A DNA stretch of 64,000 nucleotides from positions 124,001 to 188,000 of IMG/VR virus record IMGVR_UViG_3300042147_000020; one strand, 5' to 3'. Both the position numbers and the translations under genes were made by a program. This document shows positions 38,814-48,538 of this stretch, in pieces. Each line of letters opens with the position of its first letter. Position 1 is the first letter of the stretch. Under the pieces are notes generated by a model. The model ran no database searches. It was not told where the DNA came from and saw only the letters and a program-made list of their open reading frames with translations.

Positions 38814-41090
38814 ATGGCGCAAACCTATACTTACCCTTTTGACCCTACCGGTTCGGCGACATCGAACGCTGTTGCTAACGAGCGACACGTCCTGTCACCA
38901 CCGGCATGGAAGGACTATTACTTCATAGTCCCAAAGCAAGCCCCTTACTTCCGGGACTCGTTGCGCGTTATCCATCGTCCATCGGGTAAGCTCCTCGTCG
39001 AAGGTGTGGATTACCACTGCACTCACTATTTCCACGCAGCTTCACACGGCGTGGCACGGCGAGTGTACGGTTCGATCACGATGCTCGACAAGACGCTCAC
39101 GGGTGTCCTCGAGATCAGCTACCAGACCATTGGTGGCGATTGGATTCTGGATGCGTCGGCTGACCTCACCCGTCTGACCAATACGCAAACGAACCCTCGG
39201 ATCACTACGTGGGAAGAAGTGGTTGATGTCCCATACCAGTTCCCCCCGATTGACCACGAATGGAACCTCGAAGACCTGAAAGGCGTTGAAGCCATCCTCC
39301 CGATTCTGGAAGAGATGACTGAAGCCATTCGGACTGCCTCCGGTTCCGAGTTTGCAGCTCACGTTGCAGACAAAGAAAACCCTCACTCAGTCACCAAGAC
39401 TCAAGTGGGGCTTGACCAAGTTCAGAACTTCCCGTTGGCGAATATTGCAGAAGCCCAAGCTGGCTCTCTCAACACTCGCTACATGACGCCTGTTCGCACC
39501 AAGAACTTCGTTGACGCCTACCTGATTCCGATGCTCGACACTCACAAAGACGACCTGAATAACCCTCACGGGGTTACGAAGGCGCAAGTGGGTCTGAGTG
39601 CTGTCCTGAACTACGGTGTCGCTACTCAAGCGGAAGCCGAAGCGGGGAGTGTGGCCAACAAGTACATGACGCCTTTGCAGACCAAGCAGGCCATTGCGGC
39701 GCTGGCTACTACGGGTCTAACAGCTCACTTGGGTGATGTCAATAACCCACACGCTACAACCAAAGCTCAAGTAGGCTTGGCTAGTGTGGAGAACTTGCCA
39801 CTCGCCAGTATTGCTGAAGCAGAAGCGGCTTCGCGCAACGACCGTTACATGACGCCACTGATGACGGCGAAGCAGATCCAGGTCTTGGTAAAAGACTCGA
39901 TGGACCTGCACATCAACGCAACCAACAACCCTCACATGACGACCAAGTCTCAGGTGGGTTTGAGTGCCGTTCAGAACTACGGTCTGGCTACACAAGCCGA
40001 GGCTGAAGCCGGTCTGATTGCCACTGCTTACATGACTCCGTTGATGACCCGTAAAGCGATCGAAGCGATTGCGACAGGTTCCATCGGTGCTCACTTGGCA
40101 GACAGCAACAACCCGCACGCAACTACCAAGACTCAAGTGGGTCTGGGTTCGGTGCAGAACTACTCAGTGGCCAGTACAGTCGAAGCAGAGTTGGGTGAGT
40201 CCAACATTCGCTATATGACCCCTCTGTTGGTGAAAGCGGCTATCGACGCACAAGTGGGTGGCGGTATCGGGGATCACGTTGCCAACATCAGTAACCCTCA
40301 CCAAGTGACGGCGGCTCAAGTGGGTACGTACACCTCGGGTGCTCTGGACATCAAGTTCGATGAGAAGTTGAACAAGTTGGACCCAGCCACTGACAGTGCT
40401 AAGTTGGGTGGGCACACTTACGACGAAGTGTTGGAAGCAGCTCAGTCTCAACTGGCGGATGACAGTGCTAAGTTGGGTGGTCAAACGCTCCAACAAATCA
40501 TTGACACCATCACTGCGGACGGCGTAGACAACGCTACTAAGCTGGAAGGTAAATCCCTCGATGAAGTCAGTGACTACATTGATGGTCGAATCCCTTACAC
40601 CAAGCAGTACCGCGTACCTGACTACGAGTACACTCCTGGTGGTAGTGCTGTATATGTCCCACTGATCACTGCTACACCTGACCTCGGTGTGGACCACGAA
40701 GACATCGTGGTGTTGATTAACGGTTTGATCGAGTATGGTGACCTCGGCACTACGTCGATGTTGCGGATTAACTTCGTAGCGGACGTGGCACAAGTAATCG
40801 TTCTTTCAGGTCAAGCCAAAACGGTTGATCTGGTCTGGTCTCACGTGGGTGGCGTGGTTCGTGTTTGGTTGCGTACACTCGACGAACATTGCGGTACTAA
40901 CATCACCATTCTGTCTGGTAAGAAGTTTACATACCTCGACCCAGCAGCAACAGTGTTGACGTCGTTACCAGCTAACAGTGCTGACGTACCGGTCTTGGAA
41001 TTCACTACCGATGCTGAACACCAAACCACGCTGACTTCACTGACCACTGCCTTCGATACCATGAACACCACCCTCGCGGCGTTTGGTTAA
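38814..41090 (+). CDS. Tail fibre-like protein with ~61-aa NPH..TKAQVGL...YMTP repeats, phiKZ gp146-like
   Basis: N-terminal YPFDPTG..N....ERH motif, five full repeats and one partial repeat; AGGAG RBS before ATG 38814. Confidence 0.75.
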   Translation: MAQTYTYPFDPTGSATSNAVANERHVLSPPAWKDYYFIVPKQAPYFRDSLRVIHRPSGKLLVEGVDYHCTHYFHAASHGVARRVYGSITMLDKTLTGVLEISYQTIGGDWILDASADLTRLTNTQTNPRITTWEEVVDVPYQFPPIDHEWNLEDLKGVEAILPILEEMTEAIRTASGSEFAAHVADKENPHSVTKTQVGLDQVQNFPLANIAEAQAGSLNTRYMTPVRTKNFVDAYLIPMLDTHKDDLNNPHGVTKAQVGLSAVLNYGVATQAEAEAGSVANKYMTPLQTKQAIAALATTGLTAHLGDVNNPHATTKAQVGLASVENLPLASIAEAEAASRNDRYMTPLMTAKQIQVLVKDSMDLHINATNNPHMTTKSQVGLSAVQNYGLATQAEAEAGLIATAYMTPLMTRKAIEAIATGSIGAHLADSNNPHATTKTQVGLGSVQNYSVASTVEAELGESNIRYMTPLLVKAAIDAQVGGGIGDHVANISNPHQVTAAQVGTYTSGALDIKFDEKLNKLDPATDSAKLGGHTYDEVLEAAQSQLADDSAKLGGQTLQQIIDTITADGVDNATKLEGKSLDEVSDYIDGRIPYTKQYRVPDYEYTPGGSAVYVPLITATPDLGVDHEDIVVLINGLIEYGDLGTTSMLRINFVADVAQVIVLSGQAKTVDLVWSHVGGVVRVWLRTLDEHCGTNITILSGKKFTYLDPAATVLTSLPANSADVPVLEFTTDAEHQTTLTSLTTAFDTMNTTLAAFG
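39360..40325 (+). repeat. Tandem ~183-nt coding repeats (5 full + 1 partial)
   Basis: Unit HxxxxxNPHxxTKxQVGLxxVxNxxxAxxAEAxAGxxxxxYMTP; the first two units start at 39360 and 39543. Confidence 0.85.
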
Positions 41091-41150
41091 TTCCTGACGG
41101 CACTGTGGTGACATTCTTAGGGGTGTCACCCCTTTAACATTTCTTTTAGG

Positions 41151-41534
41151 ATGACAACTATGGCTACCACTGCCGCTTTGCTAGCCTCACTGAAGGCTAG
41201 TGTGGATACAGCGGTTGCAACGCTTGCGGCTCTCGTAAAGCACGTGCCCAAACGCATCGTGGGTGAGTTCGTAACAGTTGCAGCCGGGGGTAACAAAGAG
41301 TACGACTTACAGACGCTGCTCGGTGTTAAACACACTGCGTTCGACAAGGACGCTGCTCTGGTCCACGTTCGGGTTAAGGATACGGTATCTGGCTCCCCTA
41401 CTCTCAACATGTATATCAACTCCGAGGCGATGATTACTCACGCCGTTCGGGCGAACCGTTACGTTCGGGTACTCAACCAGACTGACGCTTCGTTGGACCT
41501 GTACATCGGTGTTTCTGTTCCACGTCTACCTTAA
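41151..41534 (+). CDS. Small tail-fibre-associated protein
   Basis: 127-aa ORF in the fibre operon. Confidence 0.55.
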   Translation: MTTMATTAALLASLKASVDTAVATLAALVKHVPKRIVGEFVTVAAGGNKEYDLQTLLGVKHTAFDKDAALVHVRVKDTVSGSPTLNMYINSEAMITHAVRANRYVRVLNQTDASLDLYIGVSVPRLP

Positions 41535-41544
41535 GGGGTGATTC

Positions 41545-43977
41545 ATGGCTAACTTAGCATTAAGCGTTGCTCCTGGGTATTACCTCGAAGCACAAAACGC
41601 AAGCTGGGTGCTGGGGGCGAACGTTGACTTCGTTAGCTTCACGGAGGATGGTCCTACACCGACCGTCTCTAAGTACATCGCTTACGACACCTTGGTGCCG
41701 CCTAACCCGTTTATCGCGGTGACACAGGACGGTACCGGGAACGTTGTTTACGATGGCGGTTTCCCCAAGTTCTATAACAACGTAGCCCCAGCCCTAGGTA
41801 CTCCGTTCGCTTCACTTGGTGCCCAATGGAAGTACCTGTACAACGCACTAAACTTCTGTGCCAACCCTACGAAAGTGGCGGCAGGTAATAAGAAAGTTCT
41901 GGTTCTGGGTGACGTCATTTCCACTGGTTCGTATCCGGTTAAGGGTACGGGGACCAATGGCTTCTTCACTGCCATGACCAACATCTGTAGTATCGCTGGC
42001 TACACGCCAACGTTCAAAGATGTGAGTGACTACGCTGGCGGTACAGTATTGAACCCTACCTTGGCTGAGTTGAATGAATATTGCTGCGTGTTGTTCTTCT
42101 CGACGGCGTACAACAGCCTGAACACGGACTTGATTACAGAGTCTGCGATCACTGACTTTGCAACCTATCGTCAGCAGGGTAACGGCATTACGTTCATCAC
42201 CGACCACGGTAGTACGCCGTTCACTGACATTTCTCAGATTCGCCTACACCCACAAGGCACTGGCTTCTACGCCACGGCTAACCGGATCATGGCAAACTTT
42301 GGCGCATTCTTCAGCGGCGACTACAACCGGACTCCGGTGAACGTTGGGTTTATTCGTAGCACTTACGGAGACCACCCACTGTACGCTGGGATGTTAGATA
42401 CCGAGAACATTGCGGCTGGTGGTTCTGAATCAAAGATCATCCTCCCGAACTTCACCAAGTACACGCAAGCTAACATCCCGAACGTGTCGATCGCCAACAA
42501 CGGTGTGAACTCGATCAAAGCCATTGCAATGATGAATGATGGTACGGTTGAAACCTACAACTTTGTCTACGTGATTGCGACGGGTCAGTTGTTGAAAATC
42601 ACCGATGCGAACGGTGTGGAGATCAACTCTCTTCCGTCTGGATTCCGTGTCAGTCGAACGTTCAACGTGGAGGTGATCGGCGCTGGGTTGGGGTCGATTG
42701 TAGGTGACATCTTGCTCAATGGTCGTCGTGTAGCTGAACTGAGTTACAGTGAGGCTTTGGGTTCGGTCGAAGCTTGGTACGTTGGCGGAAGTCAATTTAT
42801 CCCGGTTAGAAACGGCGACCTCTACGAGATCCGCATTACCAGCCCATTCACCTTTAGTCGTCAGTTACCGGTGACTCGTAACCACCCTGGGGTCGCTATA
42901 ACCGCTAGGTTGGCAATGAAGATCAAGATAATGAAAGACAACGGGTTGTCGGGGTCTCACCCTAACGCCGTAATTCGAGATGCTTTGGCCCAGATGAACT
43001 TGGACTACTCGCACCTTCAGAATTACTTACACGGTGACTCGGCGTCTAACCTGAAAGTGTTGTACAAGTACTTTGCAGGTGAGTTGGACCTAGCTCCGAT
43101 GAGCGTCTACGCCTATCCTTCGGTTGCTCTGGCTGCGGATGCGATGTCACGATTGGTACCGCCCTCACAAGCCGCGATCTTCAACACATGGGACCGGTTT
43201 GTGAACAACGAGTACTTCCCCGGTGGGGTTGGTGCTACGGGTGAAGCCGCTGGATGGGTTTGGGATGCTGCGAAACAAGCCGCAGTGATGCCGTTGAACA
43301 CCGGCGGTTGGGTTGGCTTTGTGTCTCCCGATCTCGTCGACAACTACGTGTTGGATGTCGTGATCAAGTCGGATAACGCAGACGACGATAACAACGGTTT
43401 GATTCTGGCCTTTAACCGGGTAGCGAGTGTCAACAACCGCTTAATCATCAACGCACAACGCGGTGGTGGTTTGAACCCGACGTTCTCACACGGAGTATAC
43501 GTTAACACAACGCTCCCTGCGATCGCCCAGTCGGATTTCGCGGGACACCAAGCCCCTAACGCTGGGGATGGTTGGTCAGGTCGTTTCACTCGTATCCGCG
43601 TTACTCGAACGGGGGACAACTTCAAGGTCGAGTGCAGTCCTTGGAACTCAATGCTATTCGATCCGGCGGGAACGTTTACCTTCACTCTGAATGATCGACC
43701 AGATCTGGCTCAGTTTAAAGGAAGGAAAGCTTACGGTCTCATCAACCAGTCTCAGTCGCAGACGTACTTCACCACCCTCTCCTTTAAAGGGGGTCAGTTG
43801 TACGACATCGTAGTGGATGCGTCCTCGAACAAAGTTTACCGTTACTCAAACGGAGCGTGGTCATTACTTACTGGGCTCGATGTCCGGGATGTCTTCAGCG
43901 CCCCACGTACCTTGGTGAACTCGGAAACCGATGCGTCGTTCAAGGTAAACCTCGACGGCTCGATCACCCCACTTTGA
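41545..43977 (+). CDS. Virion/tail protein with a possible C-terminal ConA/TSP_C-like lectin domain
   Basis: 810 aa, beta-rich, with DNADDDNNGLILAF...GWSG..TRIRVTRTG. Confidence 0.55.
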   Translation: MANLALSVAPGYYLEAQNASWVLGANVDFVSFTEDGPTPTVSKYIAYDTLVPPNPFIAVTQDGTGNVVYDGGFPKFYNNVAPALGTPFASLGAQWKYLYNALNFCANPTKVAAGNKKVLVLGDVISTGSYPVKGTGTNGFFTAMTNICSIAGYTPTFKDVSDYAGGTVLNPTLAELNEYCCVLFFSTAYNSLNTDLITESAITDFATYRQQGNGITFITDHGSTPFTDISQIRLHPQGTGFYATANRIMANFGAFFSGDYNRTPVNVGFIRSTYGDHPLYAGMLDTENIAAGGSESKIILPNFTKYTQANIPNVSIANNGVNSIKAIAMMNDGTVETYNFVYVIATGQLLKITDANGVEINSLPSGFRVSRTFNVEVIGAGLGSIVGDILLNGRRVAELSYSEALGSVEAWYVGGSQFIPVRNGDLYEIRITSPFTFSRQLPVTRNHPGVAITARLAMKIKIMKDNGLSGSHPNAVIRDALAQMNLDYSHLQNYLHGDSASNLKVLYKYFAGELDLAPMSVYAYPSVALAADAMSRLVPPSQAAIFNTWDRFVNNEYFPGGVGATGEAAGWVWDAAKQAAVMPLNTGGWVGFVSPDLVDNYVLDVVIKSDNADDDNNGLILAFNRVASVNNRLIINAQRGGGLNPTFSHGVYVNTTLPAIAQSDFAGHQAPNAGDGWSGRFTRIRVTRTGDNFKVECSPWNSMLFDPAGTFTFTLNDRPDLAQFKGRKAYGLINQSQSQTYFTTLSFKGGQLYDIVVDASSNKVYRYSNGAWSLLTGLDVRDVFSAPRTLVNSETDASFKVNLDGSITPL

Positions 43978-43999
43978 ATAATTAAGGAATAGGTTAGTC

Positions 44000-45625
44000 A
44001 TGGGCACAATCATTCTTAAGTACCCAGAAGACCCTACTGGTATCAATCCGAACAACTTGGTCATCAACGAACCTCATGACTTGGGACCTGCCCGTAACCG
44101 GGCATTCGTTCCCAACTACGGCTCCTACTTCACGGAGTCGATGATTGTCACTGAGGCGTCGACCGGTCGGGTGCTCACCAAGGGTGTTCACTACATCGCG
44201 GCACAACTGCAACAAGATGCCACTCTGGCGATGGACAAAGAGATTTGTGCTGTCGTCGTGGTAACTGATCCTGACGTTCTGGATAGCTTGCTGTTCACTT
44301 ACCAAGTTGTTGGTGGTGTGTTCAGTACTTCGGCTTCGGCCTTGGCGAAGATGATCGAGAACCTCGACATCGACGAGCGTGCAGTCGAGTGGGGTTCTGT
44401 TATTGGTATCCCTTCAGCTTTCCCTCCTGCTCCTCACTTACACGACATCGGTGACCTGTACGGTTTCGAATACCTCGTGGAAGCGTTGGATGCACTGCGT
44501 AACGCAATCCTGATTGGCGACGAAGCTGCTCATGATGAATTGCGTCAGTTCATCAACTACCAAGACGGGTTGCTCCAAGCCGCTCTGGATGACCTTCGTA
44601 GTGACTTCGAAACACACGAGAACAACAAGGCCAACCCACACGCGGTGACGAAACTCCAAGTGGGTTTGGGACAAGTCCAAGACTACGGGATTGCAACAAC
44701 CGCTGAAGCACAGGCCGGTACTGTTAACAATAAGTACATGACCCCACTGCTGACGTCTCAAGCAATCACGCAGTTGGCGTTGATCCCGCTGAACAACCAC
44801 ATCGCGGATAAAACGAACCCACACGCAACGACTAAAGCACAGGTCGGTTTGGCACTGGTAGAAAACTACCAACCTGCGACTCAAGCTGAAGCCGAAGCAG
44901 GGACTCGTAGCGATCGTTACCTCACACCGTTGACGACTAAGCAAGCCATTACCTTCCAGGCACTGGTTCCGCTGAACACGCACATCAACGATCAGACCAA
45001 CCCGCACAACACCACCAAGCTACAAGTCGGCCTCGGTAGTGTTCAGGACTACGCAATCGCGAACCAAGCCGAAGCGGAGATCGGTACCTCGAACCTGAAG
45101 TACATGACTCCCCTGCGGACTGCTAACGCCATTGCTACTCAAGCCCTTGTGCCTCTGACCACCCACATCAACAACGTCAACAACCCACACGCAACTACCA
45201 AGGCGCAAGTAGGTTTGGGTAGTGTTGATAACTACGCTACTGCCACCACGGCTGAAGCGCAAGTGGGCGCAGTGAATACGAAGTTCATGACTCCGTTGCT
45301 CACTGCTCAGGCCATCACACAACAAGCGGTTACACCGCTGAACAACCACATCAACAACCTGAGTAACCCGCACCAAGTCAGCAAGTCACAAGTTGGCTTG
45401 AGTCAGATCCCTAACGCAATCACAGCTTCACGGGCCTTCAACTCCGATGCTGCTCTGTTGACGGCCAAAGGGATGTACGACCACACAGTGTCGGCTGACC
45501 ACGATGCTCGCTACGCTCCAAAGAACACCGCTGGTGTTGACTGCTCGGTTCACTGGAACGGTTCGGGGGTGTACGTCTGGGGTGGCGGTACGTGGCGCCA
45601 GATTTGGCCTGCTCAGTGGTCGTAG
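44000..45625 (+). CDS. Tail fibre-like protein with the same repeats, phiKZ gp145-like
   Basis: N-terminal YPEDPTG..N....EPH, paralogous to 38814; four full repeats and one partial repeat; Trp-rich C-terminus. Confidence 0.75.
   Translation: MGTIILKYPEDPTGINPNNLVINEPHDLGPARNRAFVPNYGSYFTESMIVTEASTGRVLTKGVHYIAAQLQQDATLAMDKEICAVVVVTDPDVLDSLLFTYQVVGGVFSTSASALAKMIENLDIDERAVEWGSVIGIPSAFPPAPHLHDIGDLYGFEYLVEALDALRNAILIGDEAAHDELRQFINYQDGLLQAALDDLRSDFETHENNKANPHAVTKLQVGLGQVQDYGIATTAEAQAGTVNNKYMTPLLTSQAITQLALIPLNNHIADKTNPHATTKAQVGLALVENYQPATQAEAEAGTRSDRYLTPLTTKQAITFQALVPLNTHINDQTNPHNTTKLQVGLGSVQDYAIANQAEAEIGTSNLKYMTPLRTANAIATQALVPLTTHINNVNNPHATTKAQVGLGSVDNYATATTAEAQVGAVNTKFMTPLLTAQAITQQAVTPLNNHINNLSNPHQVSKSQVGLSQIPNAITASRAFNSDAALLTAKGMYDHTVSADHDARYAPKNTAGVDCSVHWNGSGVYVWGGGTWRQIWPAQWS
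44614..45400 (+). repeat. Tandem ~183-nt coding repeats (4 full + 1 partial)
   Basis: NPHAVTKLQVGL, NPHATTKAQVGL, NPHNTTKLQVGL, NPHATTKAQVGL and NPHQVSKSQVGL. Confidence 0.85.
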
Positions 45626-45685
45626 TAAAAAAATAAACACTCAAGGAATCCTATAAGAATTTACTTAGCCTTGAGGGATTGTGAA

Positions 45686-46195
45686 ATGTTGCGCAAGTTA
45701 GATGATTTCAAGTTTGACGGAATCACGGAGTCTACTCTACGGGTGGATGACGTTCTCGCAAGTCACTTTCCTTACGAACAGGGTTTGGTGAAGTACGTAG
45801 TAGGTGGGCGTTCGATGGACGCCCACAGTCCTTGGGACGCAGTTCAACATGAGGACTGCGTGTTTAAGGTTGAGGGTTACGATAAACTCAACCTTAAACT
45901 TTTTGACGAGTGTCGCTATCTAGCGGATCACTTCAAACATATCGGACCGGTGACCTGTCATCTGTTCAAGTCTCCTCTCGGAGCAACCAGTTTCCCAGCA
46001 CACACTGATCCTGATGACGTAGTGTTACTTATGGTTAGTGGTGCTAAGCAGTTTGAAACCGACGACGGTGTGATCACTCTCAATGAGGGTGAGATCCTGT
46101 TTATTCCCGCTGGTTCTAAACACCGAGCAATCAACACAGAGAGTTCTCTGATGTTGAGCTTTGGGTTAGAGCGTTTTCTAGTTGAGAAACTGTAG
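45686..46195 (+). CDS. JmjC/cupin-fold 2OG-Fe(II) hydroxylase (YcfD/ROXA-like)
   Basis: SFPAHTDPDDV..L.VSG.K...L.EGEILFIP.G..H.A provides the HxD...H triad plus Lys. Confidence 0.8.
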   Translation: MLRKLDDFKFDGITESTLRVDDVLASHFPYEQGLVKYVVGGRSMDAHSPWDAVQHEDCVFKVEGYDKLNLKLFDECRYLADHFKHIGPVTCHLFKSPLGATSFPAHTDPDDVVLLMVSGAKQFETDDGVITLNEGEILFIPAGSKHRAINTESSLMLSFGLERFLVEKL

Positions 46196-47233
46196 ATGAC
46201 GTTTAAGACAATCTTTGTGAAGACCACGGGAACGTGTAATCTGAACTGCGATCATTGCTTCACCAACGGTAAGTCCGGTGACAAGACTCACTTTGATCCT
46301 GTGCAAACGGGTCAGTGGGTTAAAGAATTCATTGCTAAGTACTCACCCGACACACACCACCACTTGGAGCTACACGGCGGTGAACCATTCTTGGTCCCGG
46401 TGCGGGTGTTGACTCAGTTTGCTGCACAGTTTCGTGACTACGACAACGTGTCGATGTGTGCGAACTCTAACCTGACCTTTAAGTTGACTCCAGAGATCCT
46501 CTCATTCATTGACGAGTACTTGGGTCAACAAGTGGGCACCAGTTGGGATTACTGGATTCGCTGGAGTAATCAGAAGCAGTTTGACCTGTGGAAGAGCAAC
46601 TTAGCGGTCTTGAAAGCTCGGGGTGTCAGGATCTGTTTGAAAGTGTCTGTCAGCAGGCCGCTGGTGGCTTCTACAGCCGATTGGTTCCTCGACCAGATGG
46701 ATGCACTGGGTGTCGATGAAGTAGCCTTAGAACGCATTACAGTCGGTGGGAATTCTGTGGTCAACATGGACGTCTTTCCCGACAATGAGGAGCAGGACAA
46801 TTGGTACCTAGCCCTCTACAAGCGTTATAAGGAACGTAATCCTTCTTATGACATTAAAACCCTAGACCTGATTGAGCAGAAGCTTAAGTTAGGTATGGTG
46901 AAAGTCGACACCAATTGTCGTAATTGCGAACAAAACGTGGTGACGATCAATTCAAACGGTACCTTGGGAGGCTGCCCTAACGTAGCCACCGAACACCGAC
47001 ATGCTACCATACAAGAACCTGTGAAGGTCTTTCTGGAGTCTGACGGGCGTGTTAATGAAATAGTCAAAGAACTTGATTTCTCTGAGTCTTGTGTGCGTTG
47101 TGACGTATTCGATCTATGTGGTGGCGACTGTCACCGACTACCTTGGCAAGAAGGTCGATGTGGCGGTTTAAAGAATACCCTCCGACACCTGTCAGGCAGA
47201 TCCACACAATCCAATTTAATTCTGAAGGTGTAG
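46196..47233 (+). CDS. Radical SAM/SPASM protein 1
   Basis: CNLNCDHC, HGGEPF, and C-terminal CRNC..GGC..CVRCDVFDLCGGDC..C. Confidence 0.92.
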   Translation: MTFKTIFVKTTGTCNLNCDHCFTNGKSGDKTHFDPVQTGQWVKEFIAKYSPDTHHHLELHGGEPFLVPVRVLTQFAAQFRDYDNVSMCANSNLTFKLTPEILSFIDEYLGQQVGTSWDYWIRWSNQKQFDLWKSNLAVLKARGVRICLKVSVSRPLVASTADWFLDQMDALGVDEVALERITVGGNSVVNMDVFPDNEEQDNWYLALYKRYKERNPSYDIKTLDLIEQKLKLGMVKVDTNCRNCEQNVVTINSNGTLGGCPNVATEHRHATIQEPVKVFLESDGRVNEIVKELDFSESCVRCDVFDLCGGDCHRLPWQEGRCGGLKNTLRHLSGRSTQSNLILKV

Positions 47234-47237
47234 CGTT

Positions 47238-47789
47238 ATGGCTAACTTAGCAAAAGCCGATGTTGCGTATTATGCGAATGTCCTCATTCGCAACAATGCC
47301 AACGCAGGCATCTCTTGGGGTACTAACAACTATCCAGCAGGGGCTCTACCGGAATGGTTCGGTGGCACAACTGCTGGGCGTGGGGAGATCTTCGGGGCTG
47401 GTGATTTGGCAAACCCACCCACTGGTCGTCAGGTCAGTTCTGCGCTCAACAATTTTGCAGCGATGTTTGCTGCTATCCGTGCACTGCGTATCGTTATCTA
47501 CTATCGCAAGACGGGCTCTAAGAACACCACGGCGGGTGACTACACGTATGTCGCTTATGACGGCACCGCGATTGCACACACGGCTTGGGCGGTAGGTGGC
47601 GTGGGTAACGACGTACCGCCGGTACTTACCAGAGGGGTTCCAGCTCGAGCTGGGGACGTCTGGTCCTACTGTGATCGCCTCTGGCAGCGCTACAACCAAC
47701 TGTGTCGCGCGACAGCCATGACGGCGTACAACACCATTTGCCACACCAGTTGCCATGGCGCTTGCCACGGTAGTCGCGGTCGTCGTTAA
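47238..47789 (+). CDS. 183-aa protein with C-terminal (CHxx)3-RGRR; candidate substrate of the rSAM/oxygenase cluster
   Basis: Gly/Ala/Thr/Asn-rich body ending ICHTSCHGACHGSRGRR, with no enzyme motif. Confidence 0.65.
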   Translation: MANLAKADVAYYANVLIRNNANAGISWGTNNYPAGALPEWFGGTTAGRGEIFGAGDLANPPTGRQVSSALNNFAAMFAAIRALRIVIYYRKTGSKNTTAGDYTYVAYDGTAIAHTAWAVGGVGNDVPPVLTRGVPARAGDVWSYCDRLWQRYNQLCRATAMTAYNTICHTSCHGACHGSRGRR

Positions 47790-47809
47790 TTAACCAAGGC
47801 GTGTTACCC

Positions 47810-48538
47810 ATGGAAAAGATTGTCACTACAGCCCCGATCCCAATTGCTGTGTTGAAGCGCAAGTTCACCGAAGACATCCACTTCGCCATCGACTACGCCA
47901 ACAGTAAGTTCAAGGGTAAGACCCTGATCACTTACCTCAGTAACCTCAACATCAAGTGCAACCTCATGTTGCAAGACGTTGAAGAAGCATTGGCGTTGAC
48001 TGCCGAATACCTCTACATTCCAGCCGTGGCTTCAATCCCCGATCTGGAAGACGTGGTGATCAACTTGCTGTTGGCCTATCAAGGTAAACAGAACTGGTTG
48101 AATTTTGACATCGACCCATTCGTTGCCGAGCACCGTGAAATCATCGAACTGTGGATCAAGCGTATCAACTCGCTTCCGCTGTTCGCCTTACACTGCTCCG
48201 GTCTGTACAAAGAACACGTCGACACCTTCCCTAAAGACGACGACAAGTCGATTGCAGGGATCAACTTCGTCCAACTGATCAAGCACCCATTGTTCCCACT
48301 GTTGGTTGCCAACATTGACGAGTGCGACTTCAGTTACAACGAAATGTGGTTCAACGAGTATGTATTTGCTGGTTCGAACCTGTTCTCGTTCTTCGCCGTT
48401 AAAGAGAACCCATTGTACCTTGGGTTGATCTCACAACTGGCACCTGATCCTGAAGACAGGGAGATTGATCAAATCTTGGCAGACACAATTGCCGAGTACA
48501 ACGCTGTCATGGGAGAATCCAATGTTCCACTTATTTAA
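47810..48538 (+). CDS. Hypothetical protein in the rSAM cluster
   Basis: ~242 aa, overlapping the next gene. Confidence 0.7.
   Translation: MEKIVTTAPIPIAVLKRKFTEDIHFAIDYANSKFKGKTLITYLSNLNIKCNLMLQDVEEALALTAEYLYIPAVASIPDLEDVVINLLLAYQGKQNWLNFDIDPFVAEHREIIELWIKRINSLPLFALHCSGLYKEHVDTFPKDDDKSIAGINFVQLIKHPLFPLLVANIDECDFSYNEMWFNEYVFAGSNLFSFFAVKENPLYLGLISQLAPDPEDREIDQILADTIAEYNAVMGESNVPLI

Noticed and set aside
39360-45400. Repeats as a CRISPR array or a DGR template/variable pair
   Set aside because: They are in-frame protein repeats with synonymous divergence. There is no spacer structure, no adenine-specific mismatch pattern that I could see, and no RT or cas gene.
47739-47789. CHTSCH read as a c-type heme motif or an rSAM cluster motif
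   Set aside because: The spacing is Cx3CH/Cx3Cx3C, not CxxCH or Cx3Cx2C. There is no signal peptide and no TIM-barrel-sized domain.
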